Origin: Gaiellales bacterium
Lineage (GTDB): Bacteria; Actinomycetota; Thermoleophilia; Gaiellales; Gaiellaceae
Assembly: GCA_038236705.1 (NCBI GenBank)
Contig: JBBRZN010000007.1
Coordinates: 8,741 to 72,740 of the forward strand
Direction: 5' to 3'
Length of the DNA stretch: 64,000 nucleotides
The notes under the pieces are model-generated. The model was given only the letters and a program-made list of their open reading frames with translations. It made no database searches and was not told the DNA's origin. Both the position numbers and the translations under genes were made by a program. This document shows positions 52,135 through 61,906 of the stretch, in pieces. Positions within the stretch are counted from its first letter, which is position 1, and the number at the start of each line of letters is the position of its first letter.

Positions 52135-53141
52135 GCGAAGCGCCTGATCTCGCCGATCTCCGGCGCATCTTCAACCTGATCTTCGGCACGATTCGCGCCA
52201 AGGCGGTCTACGTTGCCGCGAAGCTCGGCGTCGCGGACGAGCTCGCCGACGGGCCGCTCGCGGTGGGTGAGCTCGCGCGCAGGACGGACGCGGATCCTGA
52301 CGCGCTGTACCGCGTGCTGCGCGCGCTTGCCGCCGAGGGACTCTTCGAGGAAGTCGAGCCCCGCACGTTCGCCGTCACCGACCTCGGCCGGCTGATCAGC
52401 GAGGACGCGCCCGGGTCACGGAAATACCTCTCGCTGATGCTCGCGGAGCAGACCGACCCCGTCTTCGACCACATGCTCGAGGTGGTCCGCACCGGGAAGC
52501 CGGCCGCCGTGTCCACCTTCGGTAAGCCGTACTTCCATTGGCTCGGCGACAATCCGGAGGCTGCCGAGATCTTCAACAAGGCGATGGGCACAGGAGCCGC
52601 GGCACGGCTCCCGACGCTTCTCCCGCTCGGCATCTGGGCCGAGGCGCGTTCCGTGGTCGATGTGGGCGGCGGCAACGGGACCGCCGTCGCAGCGCTCTTG
52701 AAGCAGCACCCGCACCTTCGCGGCATCGACTTCGACCTTCCACAGGTCGGTGCGGAGGCCGAGGCGCTGCTCGCCGCAGAGGGCGTCGCAGACCGAGCGA
52801 CGTTCGAGGCCGGGAACTTCTTCGAGACCGTGCCGAGCGGTGGCGACGTCTACGTCCTCTTGCAGATCCTCCACGACTGGAGCGACGAGGAGGCGACCCG
52901 GATCCTCCGCTCGATTCGCGGAACGATCGGCGACGACGGCCGCCTGGTCGTGCTCGAGGACATCGTGCCCGACGGCGCAGGTGCTGGGCCGCTCCTGCTC
53001 GACCTCCAGATGCTCGTCTTGCTCGGCGGTCGGGAGCGGACGGAAACCGAGTGGTGCGAGCTGCTCGCAGGCGGGGGCTTCGAGGTCACCAGAATTACGC
53101 CCGGCCCGCGAGCGTCGGCGATCGAAGCGCGGCCGGTCTAG
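52131..53141 (+). CDS. SAM-dependent O-methyltransferase (dimerisation domain + Methyltransf_2)
   Basis: N-terminal winged-helix dimerisation part (VAAKLGVADELADGPLAVGELA), VVDVGGGNGT and ILHDWSDEE. GTGA overlap with the ridA-like stop. Confidence 0.88.
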   Translation: MSEAPDLADLRRIFNLIFGTIRAKAVYVAAKLGVADELADGPLAVGELARRTDADPDALYRVLRALAAEGLFEEVEPRTFAVTDLGRLISEDAPGSRKYLSLMLAEQTDPVFDHMLEVVRTGKPAAVSTFGKPYFHWLGDNPEAAEIFNKAMGTGAAARLPTLLPLGIWAEARSVVDVGGGNGTAVAALLKQHPHLRGIDFDLPQVGAEAEALLAAEGVADRATFEAGNFFETVPSGGDVYVLLQILHDWSDEEATRILRSIRGTIGDDGRLVVLEDIVPDGAGAGPLLLDLQMLVLLGGRERTETEWCELLAGGGFEVTRITPGPRASAIEARPV

Positions 53142-53154
53142 GCTAGGGACGATA

Positions 53155-53796
53155 GTGACCGGACGAGCATTCGAGACCGCGCGAATCGAGGACCTGGAGC
53201 GCCCGGACGGCTGGTCGCCGGTCAGGCTCCACTTCGACGTGCAGGCCTTCGGCATCAATGCCTGGACCGGGCACGAGGCGGACGCGACCGTGATCCCCGA
53301 GCACGACGAGGAGCCGTCGGGCCACGAGGAGCTCTACCTCGTCATTTCCGGCCACGCGAGCTTCACCGTGGAAGGCGAGTCGATCCATGCGCCCTCGGGG
53401 ACAATCGTCTTCGTCCGCGATCCCGCCGCGACGCGTGGTGCCGTCGCGCGCGAGCCCGGGACGACGGTCCTGAGCGTGGGGGGAAAGCCCGGCGAGGCGT
53501 ACCGGCCCCGATCCTGGGAGACGAACCGCGACGTCATCGCTTTGCTCGACGGCGGCAAGAACGCGGAAGCCAAGCAGCTGCTGACCGACGCCCTCGAGAA
53601 GTACGACGACCGCGGGAACCTCCTCTACAACCTCGCCTGCGCCGAAGCGCAGCTGGGCGAGACGGACGCCGCGCTCGAGCATCTCCGAGCCGCTCTGCGC
53701 GAGCGTCCGTCCCTTGCCGAAGGTGCCCGCGAGGACGACGACCTCTGTCCGATCCGCGACGACCCGCGCTTCGCAGAGATCGCCGGCGGGGGCTAG
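53155..53796 (+). CDS. cupin-like domain protein with C-terminal TPR-like helical region
   Basis: GTG at 53155. HEELYLVISGHASFTVEGE is cupin-like and NLLYNLACAEAQLGETDAALEHLRAAL is TPR-like. Confidence 0.55.
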   Translation: MTGRAFETARIEDLERPDGWSPVRLHFDVQAFGINAWTGHEADATVIPEHDEEPSGHEELYLVISGHASFTVEGESIHAPSGTIVFVRDPAATRGAVAREPGTTVLSVGGKPGEAYRPRSWETNRDVIALLDGGKNAEAKQLLTDALEKYDDRGNLLYNLACAEAQLGETDAALEHLRAALRERPSLAEGAREDDDLCPIRDDPRFAEIAGGG

Positions 53797-53809
53797 GCCT
53801 CGCCCTCGA

Positions 53810-54184
53810 TTACATGCCGTCTTTGACGACCCCGATCACGTGGCCCTCGGGATCGCTGAACTGGCCGAGCTCGACCATGTCCATGATCTTCTCCGGGCCC
53901 ATGATCCTGGTGCCGCCGAGGCTCTCGGCCTTGGCGAGCGCGGCCTCGACGTCGGGCACCGCGACGTAGAACGTGACGTGGCCTTCGTACCCGGGAGGGC
54001 CGCCGGCGATGCCGCCACCGATACCGGGATTGCCGTCGGCCGCGAGGTTGCTGTCGCGCGCCACCATCCCGTAGTTCATCTCGTTGTCGGAGTCGATCTC
54101 CCAGCCGAAGAGCTCGGAGTAGTAGTTCCGCAGCTTGTCTCCGTCCTTGCCAATGACCTCGAAGTGCACTACCGGCTGACCCAT
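53810..54184 (-). CDS. VOC (glyoxalase) family protein
   Basis: MGQPVVHFEVIGKDGDKLRNYYSELFGWE...FSDPEGHVIGV. 124 aa. Confidence 0.85.
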   Translation of the reverse strand: MGQPVVHFEVIGKDGDKLRNYYSELFGWEIDSDNEMNYGMVARDSNLAADGNPGIGGGIAGGPPGYEGHVTFYVAVPDVEAALAKAESLGGTRIMGPEKIMDMVELGQFSDPEGHVIGVVKDGM

Positions 54185-54336
54185 GGTCTCTCCCTTTCAC
54201 TAGACACCTACTAAGACTGCGGGCCGCCAAGAAACTCATCGCCTCGAGTGGCCACGGCCCGACAGTCGTCGAGGAAGCCGAAGCCGGCAGCCGCTAACTG
54301 GAGCGACGTCGCCTTCGACCTTCAACTCGGCGGCTT

Positions 54337-54609
54337 CTACGCCGCTGCGAAGCGCTCGGCGGCTCGAGCTCGCTTGCGCTCAGCTTCGACCTCGCGGTCC
54401 TTCGGGGCCGCGTTGGTCTCGAGCGAGTCGATCAGCCGGCGGGTCGCCTCGGCTACCCCCTCGACCGCAAGTGCGAACGCTTTCTCGTTCGCCTGCGAGG
54501 GCTTGGTGAAGCCGCTGATCTTGCGCACGTACTGAAGCGAAGCGTCCCGTACTTCCTCGTCCGTCGCGGGAGGCTCGAAGTTGAAGAGCGTGTGGATGTT
54601 TCTGCACAT
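54337..54609 (-). CDS. DUF2277 domain-containing protein
   Basis: MCRNIHTLFNFEPPATDEEVRDASLQYVRKISG is the hallmark N-terminus. ATG at 54609. Confidence 0.85.
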   Translation of the reverse strand: MCRNIHTLFNFEPPATDEEVRDASLQYVRKISGFTKPSQANEKAFALAVEGVAEATRRLIDSLETNAAPKDREVEAERKRARAAERFAAA

Positions 54610-54637
54610 GCGCCTATCGTAGACGCGGGCGGGTTCG

Positions 54638-55204
54638 CTACGGGGTGACGGGCTCGCGCACCTGCGCAAGCTCCTCCGCGGGCGCGTCTTCCGCTGCCGC
54701 AAGCGCGGCGGCCGAGCCGGCCGCACCCGCAGCCAAGGCGGCGAGCGCCCAGGCCGTGCCCCAGCGGGGCCTGCCGAGCGCACCGTCCACCGACCACGGG
54801 CCGGGCCCGTTCTCGGTGAGGCCGAACACGGTCACGAGAAGAACGAGGTTGTACTCGTAGCCACCGCTGCTCGACCAGATGCCCTTCTCCCAGTGCACGG
54901 TCTTGATCGCGGTGATCATCACGCTGCAGAGCGCCGCAGCCGCAGCGGGTGTGGCGGCCCCAAGGGCGAACAGCAAACCGCCCCCGGCCTCGGCTGTTCC
55001 GGCCGCCAGTGCATTTCGGCGACCTGGCCGGAGCCCCATCGACTCGAAGCCCTGGCCGGTCCCTTCGAGACCGCCGCCCCCGAACCAGCCGAAGAGCTTC
55101 TGCGCGCCGTGGCCGAAGAAGAGCAGGCCGATCGTGACGCGCGCTATCAGGCGGAACAGACCGATGCTCGAGTCTTTTCTTGCTTGCGCGGCCTGAAACC
55201 TCAC
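54638..55204 (-). CDS. DoxX family membrane protein
   Basis: ARVTIGLLFFGHGAQKLFGWFGGGGL and four TM segments. The GTG at 55204 lies one nt after the dioxygenase stop. Confidence 0.8.
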   Translation of the reverse strand: MRFQAAQARKDSSIGLFRLIARVTIGLLFFGHGAQKLFGWFGGGGLEGTGQGFESMGLRPGRRNALAAGTAEAGGGLLFALGAATPAAAAALCSVMITAIKTVHWEKGIWSSSGGYEYNLVLLVTVFGLTENGPGPWSVDGALGRPRWGTAWALAALAAGAAGSAAALAAAEDAPAEELAQVREPVTP

Positions 55205-55205
55205 G

Positions 55206-55895
55206 CTACGAGCGGTGCACGCCCATGGTGATCGCAGCAACGTAGGCGCCACCGCTCTTGCGCACACTCAGCAACGAGCACTTGCCACCCTGGGCGAAGA
55301 CGAAGTCGTTCGCGTTGCGGGTCGTCCGCTTCCAGCGCCGGCTGTACGGCTTGCGGCGGAAGACCTGGTCGGTGACGGCGTCCGGGAAGTAGAGCTGGCC
55401 GGTGTGCACGACGTTGCCGCCGACGTGCACCTTCACGTGGATGTGCACGGTGCGGCCCTGGTACCAGCCTGGCCAGACCGAACGGAAGCGCGCAAGGCCG
55501 CGCGCGTCGGTCCTCTGGATCCCGCGCATGAAGGTGCGGTTGCCCGAGCCCGAGCCGAAGCCCGAGTAGACGCCGAGCGCGTCCGCGTGCCAGATGTCGA
55601 CCGATGCGCCCTTGATCGGCCTGCAGGTCGAGGCGTCCACGACGGTCAGGCGCAGCAGGAGCGGAACTCCGGGCCGGCCTTCGGTGATGTCGCAGCGCAG
55701 TTTTTCCCTGGCGATGTAGTACGGGCCCTCCGTCTGCTCGGGCGAGAGCACGCACGACACCGCGCCCGAGGCGACGGCATCCGGGCCTGCCCCTTCGGCG
55801 CTGCCGAGCCGCAAGCCGCCCACTCCAAGGGCGGCCGCGAGGAAACCACCGAGCCGAAGGAGCGAGCCCCGGCGAGTGAGGCGTAGGTCGTCCAT
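55206..55895 (-). CDS. intradiol ring-cleavage dioxygenase family protein (Tat-signal)
   Basis: RRGSLLRLGG twin-Arg signal, TEGPYY, VDIWHADALGVYSG and RTVHIHVKV. Confidence 0.85.
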   Translation of the reverse strand: MDDLRLTRRGSLLRLGGFLAAALGVGGLRLGSAEGAGPDAVASGAVSCVLSPEQTEGPYYIAREKLRCDITEGRPGVPLLLRLTVVDASTCRPIKGASVDIWHADALGVYSGFGSGSGNRTFMRGIQRTDARGLARFRSVWPGWYQGRTVHIHVKVHVGGNVVHTGQLYFPDAVTDQVFRRKPYSRRWKRTTRNANDFVFAQGGKCSLLSVRKSGGAYVAAITMGVHRS

Positions 55896-55937
55896 TGCCC
55901 GAACATAGCGCCCTGTCGTAAGAAGACGTTGAGAATC

Positions 55938-58900
55938 CTAGGAGGTCTCGGCGAGCTCGGCTTCGATCCGCTCGAGGGCCGCGAGGTTCTGCTTCTTCTC
56001 CGCGATCCCGCGAGCGTGCTCGAGAGCCGCACGTTGGGCCTCCGGCCTTCCCGCCAGGCGATCGACCTCGGCCCGCGCGAAGGCCAGGTCGAGGTGGAGC
56101 ATCACGTAGTCCGTCCGTTCGATGATCCCGGCGGCCTCGGCGACGAGCGCGTCGGCCTGCTCGAAGTCGCCCCGCCGCGCGGCGACCCGCGCGCGAACCA
56201 GGCGCTGCCGCAAGTGGGGCTCGAAGTCGTCCGGCGCGGCCACCTGCTCGGTGAGCTCGGCGAGCTCGAGCGCCTCGTCCTCGCGACCCAGTTCGAGCGC
56301 GGCCTGCGAGCGCATCCCGACCACCGTCGCGAGGTACCCGCTCTCGGCGCTCGCGGCGAGGTGCTCGTGGCCTTCGGCGAGAGCGTCGTAGGCCGTCTGG
56401 GGGTCACCGATCTGCAACTCCAGCTCCGCCTCGATCATCGACGACCCCGCCCACCAGATCAGGTCGCCCAGCTCCAGCAGCAGGGCCCGCCCGGCGGCGA
56501 TGTCCGCGCGCCCCTCCGCTATCCGCTGCAGGGCGGCTTTCTGGGTGCCCCGGATCACCGTGGCGATGGCCTCGAGGCGCTTGGACGAGGAGCGGGCCAT
56601 GAACTCGTCGCAGCGGCGGATGCCCTCCTCGGCCGGAATCCCGCCCCACCAGATGTCCCAGCAGCTCCAGATCAGCACCTCGCTCACGAGCCGCGGGCTG
56701 AAACGCTCCGCGCGCTCGAGTGCCTGGGCCCAGTAGACCTGGGCCTCGGCGCTCTTGCCCCTCCAAGCGAGGAAGTTGCCGACTACGCGCAGTGCCCAGA
56801 CAACGCCCTCCTCATCGTCGAGCCGTTCTAGCTCGGCGAGAGCCTCGTCTGCCAGCTTGGCCGAGCTGCTCATGGTCGCGTTGGGGTCGTCCTGGATCTG
56901 CGCCTCGGCCTGCGCGATCTTGAGCCGTGCCAGCAGTCGCTCGTCGTTCGCCGCGCCTGCGGCCGCCATCACCTCCTTGCGCAGCGCCCCCGCACGTGGG
57001 AAATCGCCGAGCTCGCTGAGGATCACCGCGAGATCGAGCTGCGCATTGCGTCGAGCGGCGTGATCGGGAGGGGCGAGCTCGATGGAGCGCGTGAGCAGGC
57101 CCTGGGCGGCCATCGTGTCGCCCCGCTCGCGGGCGCGGCCGGCGCTCGTGAGCAAGCGCTCGGCCCCTCGCTCGCCGATCGCCTTGGCCGTGTCGTCGAG
57201 CGGCCCGAGCTCGACCCGGTAGAGGTACGCCTGCTCGAGGTGGTAGCCGGCGATCTCGTCCAGCTCGACCAGCTCCACGCCGAACTCCTGCAGCCAGTCG
57301 GCGAAGCGCTCGTGCAGCTCGGCTCTCGTCGCCTTGGGCAGCGCCTCGTAGGCCGTGTCGCGGATCAGGAGATGGCGGAAGCGGTAGGCCTCGTCGTCGG
57401 CCACGAGCGTGGCCTCCGGACGAACGAGGTCCTTGCGCACAAGGGTGATCAGGCGCCCATCCACGTGCGGCTCCTCGGGCGCGAGCGCGGCGACTGCGCC
57501 ACGGTGGAAGACCTGGCCCTCCACGGCGCCGCGCTCGAGCACGCCGCGCTCGGCCGGGTCGAGCTGGTCGAGCCGCGCGGCGAGCAGCGCCTGGATCGTC
57601 GGCGGGACGGCGATGTCGCCGTCGCCCTCGGCCGCCATCGCGACCATCTCCTCGACGAAGAGGGGGTTACCGCCGGCGGCGGCGAGGATGCGGTCGCTCA
57701 GCTCCTCCGGCATACCGTCCGTGAGCGCGCCGATCAGCTCGCCCGCCTCGTCCGGTGCGAGCGGCTCGAGCAGGACGTTTGCCGCGTTGAGCTTGCCGCC
57801 GCCCCAGGCCGGGCGCGAGTCGAGCAGCTCCGAGCGGGCCATGCAGAGCAGGAGGATCGGCGCGTCGCGGCTCAGGTCGGCCACGTGCTCGACGAGGTCG
57901 AGGAAGGTGGGCTCGCCCCACTGGATGTCGTCGAAGACGACCACGAGCGGCCGCTCGGCGGCGTGGGACTCGAGCAGCTTGCGGAAGGCCCAGGCGATGT
58001 CCTCCGGCGAGCCGGCCGCGCTCTCGTCGCCGAGAACGGAGGCCAGCGCCCCCGTGACGCCATCCGCGTCGCGCAGGAGCTGCTTGACGACCTCGGTGAC
58101 CGGCCAGTAGCTGATCCCTTCGCCGTAGGAGAGGCAGCGCCCGCGCGCGACGGTGGCCTGCTCGAGCGTTCCGAGGAACTCCTCGACGAGGCGCGACTTG
58201 CCGACCCCGGCGGTGCCGAGGATCGTGAAGAGCTGGCAGCTGTTCCCGGCGACGGCGTTCGTGAAGGCATCCTCGAGGAGCTTGCGCTGGCGCTCACGGC
58301 CGACCATTGGCGCCTCGTGACGCCGCGCAGGCGCATCGGCGCCGACCGAGAGCAGGCGGAAGGCCGTGAGCGGCTTGGCCTTGCCCTTCGCCTCGAGCGG
58401 CGTCGCGGGCTCGGCCTCGACGGCCTCGCGCACGAGCCCATGCGTCTCCTCGCCGAGCAGGATCTCGCCCGGCTGGGCCGCCTGCTCGAGCCGGGCGGCG
58501 ACGTTGACCGCGTCGCCCGTCGCGAGACGCTCCTCGGTCCCGGTCACGACCTCGCCGGTGTTCACGCCCATGCGCAGCTCGAGCCGCGTGCCGTAGGTCT
58601 GCTCGAGCTCGTCGTTCAAGCCGTCGAGCCCGCCGCGGAGCTCGTTTGCGGAGCGCACGGCTCGCAGCGCGTCGTCTTCGTGCACGGCAGGCACGCCGAA
58701 GACGGCCATGACGGCGTCGCCGATGAACTTCTCCACGGTGCCGCCGTGGCGCTCGACGATCGTCTTCGCCGTCTCGAAGTAGCGCGCCATGACGCGGCGC
58801 AGGCTCTCGGGGTCGATCTTCTCGCCGAGCGCGGTCGAGCCGGTGACGTCGCAGAAGAGCACCGTGACGACCTTGCGCACCTCGCGGACGGGCGCCGCCT

Positions 58901-58979
58901 CGGCGAGCGGCGCGCCGCAGGAGTCGCAGAAGCGCGCCTCCTCCCGGTTCTCGGCCCCGCAACTCGTGCAGACGACCAC
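55938..58979 (-). CDS. zinc-ribbon - adenylate/guanylate cyclase domain - STAND/AAA ATPase - TPR protein (paralogue 3)
   Basis: N-terminal CTSCGAENREEARFCDSCG, then VLFCDVTGST, FIGDAVMAVF and VNVAARL (canonical Asn here), GTAGVGKSRL, and a long TPR-like tail. 1013 aa. Confidence 0.88.
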   Translation of the reverse strand: MVVCTSCGAENREEARFCDSCGAPLAEAAPVREVRKVVTVLFCDVTGSTALGEKIDPESLRRVMARYFETAKTIVERHGGTVEKFIGDAVMAVFGVPAVHEDDALRAVRSANELRGGLDGLNDELEQTYGTRLELRMGVNTGEVVTGTEERLATGDAVNVAARLEQAAQPGEILLGEETHGLVREAVEAEPATPLEAKGKAKPLTAFRLLSVGADAPARRHEAPMVGRERQRKLLEDAFTNAVAGNSCQLFTILGTAGVGKSRLVEEFLGTLEQATVARGRCLSYGEGISYWPVTEVVKQLLRDADGVTGALASVLGDESAAGSPEDIAWAFRKLLESHAAERPLVVVFDDIQWGEPTFLDLVEHVADLSRDAPILLLCMARSELLDSRPAWGGGKLNAANVLLEPLAPDEAGELIGALTDGMPEELSDRILAAAGGNPLFVEEMVAMAAEGDGDIAVPPTIQALLAARLDQLDPAERGVLERGAVEGQVFHRGAVAALAPEEPHVDGRLITLVRKDLVRPEATLVADDEAYRFRHLLIRDTAYEALPKATRAELHERFADWLQEFGVELVELDEIAGYHLEQAYLYRVELGPLDDTAKAIGERGAERLLTSAGRARERGDTMAAQGLLTRSIELAPPDHAARRNAQLDLAVILSELGDFPRAGALRKEVMAAAGAANDERLLARLKIAQAEAQIQDDPNATMSSSAKLADEALAELERLDDEEGVVWALRVVGNFLAWRGKSAEAQVYWAQALERAERFSPRLVSEVLIWSCWDIWWGGIPAEEGIRRCDEFMARSSSKRLEAIATVIRGTQKAALQRIAEGRADIAAGRALLLELGDLIWWAGSSMIEAELELQIGDPQTAYDALAEGHEHLAASAESGYLATVVGMRSQAALELGREDEALELAELTEQVAAPDDFEPHLRQRLVRARVAARRGDFEQADALVAEAAGIIERTDYVMLHLDLAFARAEVDRLAGRPEAQRAALEHARGIAEKKQNLAALERIEAELAETS

Positions 58980-59010
58980 ATGACGAGTCTAGGGCGTACG
59001 ATCGGCTCCG

Positions 59011-59307
59011 ATGCCTCGCGAGCGGCTAGTGGTGCGATTTCGAGCCGGCCCGACCTGGGCGAGCGGCTCGGTCCGCGAACAGCCCGGCTGGGACGAGCAC
59101 GCGGAGTTCGTGGACGGGCTCATCGAGCGCGGGACGATGGTGATGGGCGGCCCGTTCAGCGACAATTCGGGCTCGATGAGCCTGCTCGAAGGCGTCGACG
59201 CAGACGAGGCCCGCCGGATTCTCGAGGACGACCCGTTCATGAAGAACGGCGTCTTCGTCCTCGACGAGATCCGCGAGTGGACGATCTTCGTGGACGAGCT
59301 GAGCTAG
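59011..59307 (+). CDS. YciI family protein
   Basis: 98 aa with HAEFVDGLIERGTMVMGGPF...DPFMKNGV, typical of YciI-like proteins. Confidence 0.75.
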   Translation: MPRERLVVRFRAGPTWASGSVREQPGWDEHAEFVDGLIERGTMVMGGPFSDNSGSMSLLEGVDADEARRILEDDPFMKNGVFVLDEIREWTIFVDELS

Positions 59308-59576
59308 CGCTTGACGATGTTGTGAGCCTCGAAGATCTCTGGTTCGCCGGAGAACTCGATCCCGACTTCGGCCAGCAAGGGCATCAGCCGCTCGCCGAAC
59401 GCCTCGAGCTGCTCGCGCGAGTCCCAGATCTCGCTGACGCGCAGGTTCCCTTCGGATCCGAAGCAGACGTGGTAGTCGAGTCCGTCCGGGGGAAAGTCGC
59501 CACCAAGCCGACGAAGGCTTTCGTCGTACTGCTCCCTCGTCAGGGATGCGGGCTGAAACCGGACAACGATGCTCAT
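59304..59576 (-). CDS. hypothetical 90-aa protein
   Basis: The ATG at 59576 is preceded by GAGGAGGA. MSIVVRFQPASLTREQYDESLRRL... looks like a small alpha+beta protein. No confident family. Confidence 0.55.
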   Translation of the reverse strand: MSIVVRFQPASLTREQYDESLRRLGGDFPPDGLDYHVCFGSEGNLRVSEIWDSREQLEAFGERLMPLLAEVGIEFSGEPEIFEAHNIVKR

Positions 59577-59617
59577 GCTGCGCTCCTCCTCGATCGGGTG
59601 CGCCGACCTTATCGTTG

Positions 59618-60553
59618 CTAGCGGCGACAGCGCGCCTTGCGTGCGCCGGGCAGCCAGTCGATCGGGTCGCCTGCGCCGTTGAGCTGCGGCAGCGAGCGGA
59701 TCCCGGTGCCGTCCGGCTTCATCCAGTAGTACCTCGGTAGAGGCTCGTCGCCGCGGAAGTGGTTGAACGCGATGCGGCCGTTGGGGAGCCACCCGATGGG
59801 CCCGTCCGCCCCCGGCCAGCGGGTCACGCGCCGGAGGTTGCTTCCGTCGGCGGTCATCACCCACACTTCACGGCCACTGAACTGGCCGGAGCTGTAGGTG
59901 ATCCGCGTCCCGTCGGGCGACCACGCGCCCGGGTAATCCCCGCCGGTTCCGGCCGGCTCGACGAGCCGGGGATGCGTGAGCTGGCGCTGGTTGCTTCCGT
60001 CCGCGTCCATCGTCCAGATCGCCCAGTTGCCGTCGCCGTTGTGCGCGCCGTAGGCGATCCGGCGGGCGTCGGGCGACCAGACGGCGGTCTCGCTCCCGGT
60101 AGGCACGCCGAGGTCGCGCACCCCGGTTCCGTCCGGATTCATCAGGAAGAGCGTGGCGAAGGGCTGGCCGGCGCGGAGACCGCTGAAGACGATCTTGTCG
60201 CCGCGCGGCGACCAGGCGGGGAACATGCCGCCGGTCCGCGGCTGGATCTCTCGTTCGTGGGTGCCGTCGGCGTTCACGACGAAGATCCCTTCGAGCCCGT
60301 TGCCGTAGCGATCCGGTAGGTAGTGGCCGCGGCTGGTGCGAAAAACGACCCTGCGGCCGTCGGGCGACCAGGATGGGTCGAAGTCGTGACCCTTGCCGGA
60401 GCGGGTGACCTGCCGGCGGCAGCTGCCGTCTGCGTTCATCACCCAGATGTCTCCGGCCGGGGTGCTGTAGGCGATCCGGCCGTGCAGATTGCTTTTCGCC
60501 ACGGGCGGATGCCCGACGAGAAAGGCAGCAAGAATCGAGAGCAGCGCGCTCAT
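59618..60553 (-). CDS. TolB-like beta-propeller (PD40/WD40-like repeat) secreted protein
   Basis: Signal/anchor MSALLSILAAFLVG and repeated units WSPDGRRVVF, WSPRGDKIVF, WSPDARRIAY and WSPDGTRITY. Confidence 0.8.
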   Translation of the reverse strand: MSALLSILAAFLVGHPPVAKSNLHGRIAYSTPAGDIWVMNADGSCRRQVTRSGKGHDFDPSWSPDGRRVVFRTSRGHYLPDRYGNGLEGIFVVNADGTHEREIQPRTGGMFPAWSPRGDKIVFSGLRAGQPFATLFLMNPDGTGVRDLGVPTGSETAVWSPDARRIAYGAHNGDGNWAIWTMDADGSNQRQLTHPRLVEPAGTGGDYPGAWSPDGTRITYSSGQFSGREVWVMTADGSNLRRVTRWPGADGPIGWLPNGRIAFNHFRGDEPLPRYYWMKPDGTGIRSLPQLNGAGDPIDWLPGARKARCRR

Positions 60554-60647
60554 GAGTCACGACTTCTACAACGGCCGCGCCGCTTTGGTTCCGTCTAGCG
60601 CTGCCCACTCAAAGGCACGCGCGGCTGTCCGCTGAGAGAATCGCGCC

Positions 60648-61400
60648 GTGGGACGACTCGACGGGAAGGTCGCGATCGTCACCGGCGCCGGCGGTGGAAT
60701 CGGACGCGCGATGGTGGTCCGGCTCGCCGAGGAAGGCGCACAGGTCGTCGCGGCCGACGTGAACGTGGAGCGCGCCGCCGAGTCGGCCGAGCTCGCGGGC
60801 GGCGCGAGCTACGAGGTCGTAGACGTCTCGCAGCCGGAGCAGGTCGAGCAGCTCGTCGCCACAGCCGTGGAGAAGCACGGGAAGCTCACGACGATGTGCA
60901 ACAACGCCGCGATCTCGATCCCCGGCGACGTGACGGAGGTCTCGGTGGAGGACTTCGACCGCACGATTGCGGTCAACCTGCGCGGCGTTTTCCTCGGCTG
61001 CAAGTACGCCGTGCCGGCGCTGCTCGAGGCGGGCGGCGGCTCGATCGTCAACACCGGCTCGGTGAACAGCCTCGTGGCGGAGCCGTTCCTGACCGCCTAC
61101 GTCGCCTCGAAGGGCGGCGTGCTGATGCTCTCGAAGGCGGTCGCGCTCGACTACGCCGACAAGGGCATCCGCTGCAACTGCCTCTGCCCGGGCTGGGTGG
61201 ACACGCCGATCAACCACCCTCACGCCGAGCGGATGGGCGGGCTCGACGGCGTGCTCGAGAGCCTCCCGGAGTGGCAGCCGATCGGGCGCCAGGGCTACCC
61301 GGAGGAGATCGCCGACGCCGCGGTCTACCTCGCCTCGGACGAGTCGGCCTTCATGACCGGCAGCGCGTTCGTGATCGACGGCGGGATGACCGCCCGCTAG
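60648..61400 (+). CDS. SDR family oxidoreductase
   Basis: GKVAIVTGAGGGIGRA, NNAA and YVASKGGV (YxxxK). 250 aa. Confidence 0.9.
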   Translation: MGRLDGKVAIVTGAGGGIGRAMVVRLAEEGAQVVAADVNVERAAESAELAGGASYEVVDVSQPEQVEQLVATAVEKHGKLTTMCNNAAISIPGDVTEVSVEDFDRTIAVNLRGVFLGCKYAVPALLEAGGGSIVNTGSVNSLVAEPFLTAYVASKGGVLMLSKAVALDYADKGIRCNCLCPGWVDTPINHPHAERMGGLDGVLESLPEWQPIGRQGYPEEIADAAVYLASDESAFMTGSAFVIDGGMTAR

Positions 61401-61906
61401 CGGCCGCGCCGGAGGCGGACGCCGAACGCGAGCAAGCCGAGGAGCGCTGGCAGGCCGAGAGCCAGGGGCAGGATCCCGCCCGAGTTGAGGGTCTTGCGGT
61501 CCTGGATCCGCACGCGGATCGTCGGGCTGGTCGTCGGCGGCACCGGCGCGCCGCTGCGCGGCAGGACGGCAACGTAGAGGCCGATCGTCCCGGCGTTGAC
61601 CGCGTTCATCGGCCAGCTCAGGGTCGTCGAGCCTCCGGCCGTGATCGTGGGCAGATAGCGCGTGCGGTGCGACGACCAGTCCTCGGGGTCGACGTAGGTG
61701 TGCCCGCTCAGGTCGACCACGTTCAGGTGGGCGACGAGGCCGCTCGCGGGGGTCGAGCCGCCGTTGCGGATCGTCGAGTGGAAGACGAACTTGTGCCCGA
61801 GCTTCGTCGTGATCGCGGTGCGGTCGCTCGACACCGCGATGCCGGAGGCCTGCGCGGCCGGAACGGCGGCCAAGAGGAGGGCTGCGACGACGAGCGCGCG
61901 CCTCAT
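61397..61906 (-). CDS. secreted, C-terminally anchored hypothetical protein (last gene of ABC-2 operon)
   Basis: Signal peptide MRRALVVAALLLAAVPAAQA and a C-terminal TM followed by RLRRGR. ATGA overlap with the permease stop. Confidence 0.55.
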   Translation of the reverse strand: MRRALVVAALLLAAVPAAQASGIAVSSDRTAITTKLGHKFVFHSTIRNGGSTPASGLVAHLNVVDLSGHTYVDPEDWSSHRTRYLPTITAGGSTTLSWPMNAVNAGTIGLYVAVLPRSGAPVPPTTSPTIRVRIQDRKTLNSGGILPLALGLPALLGLLAFGVRLRRGR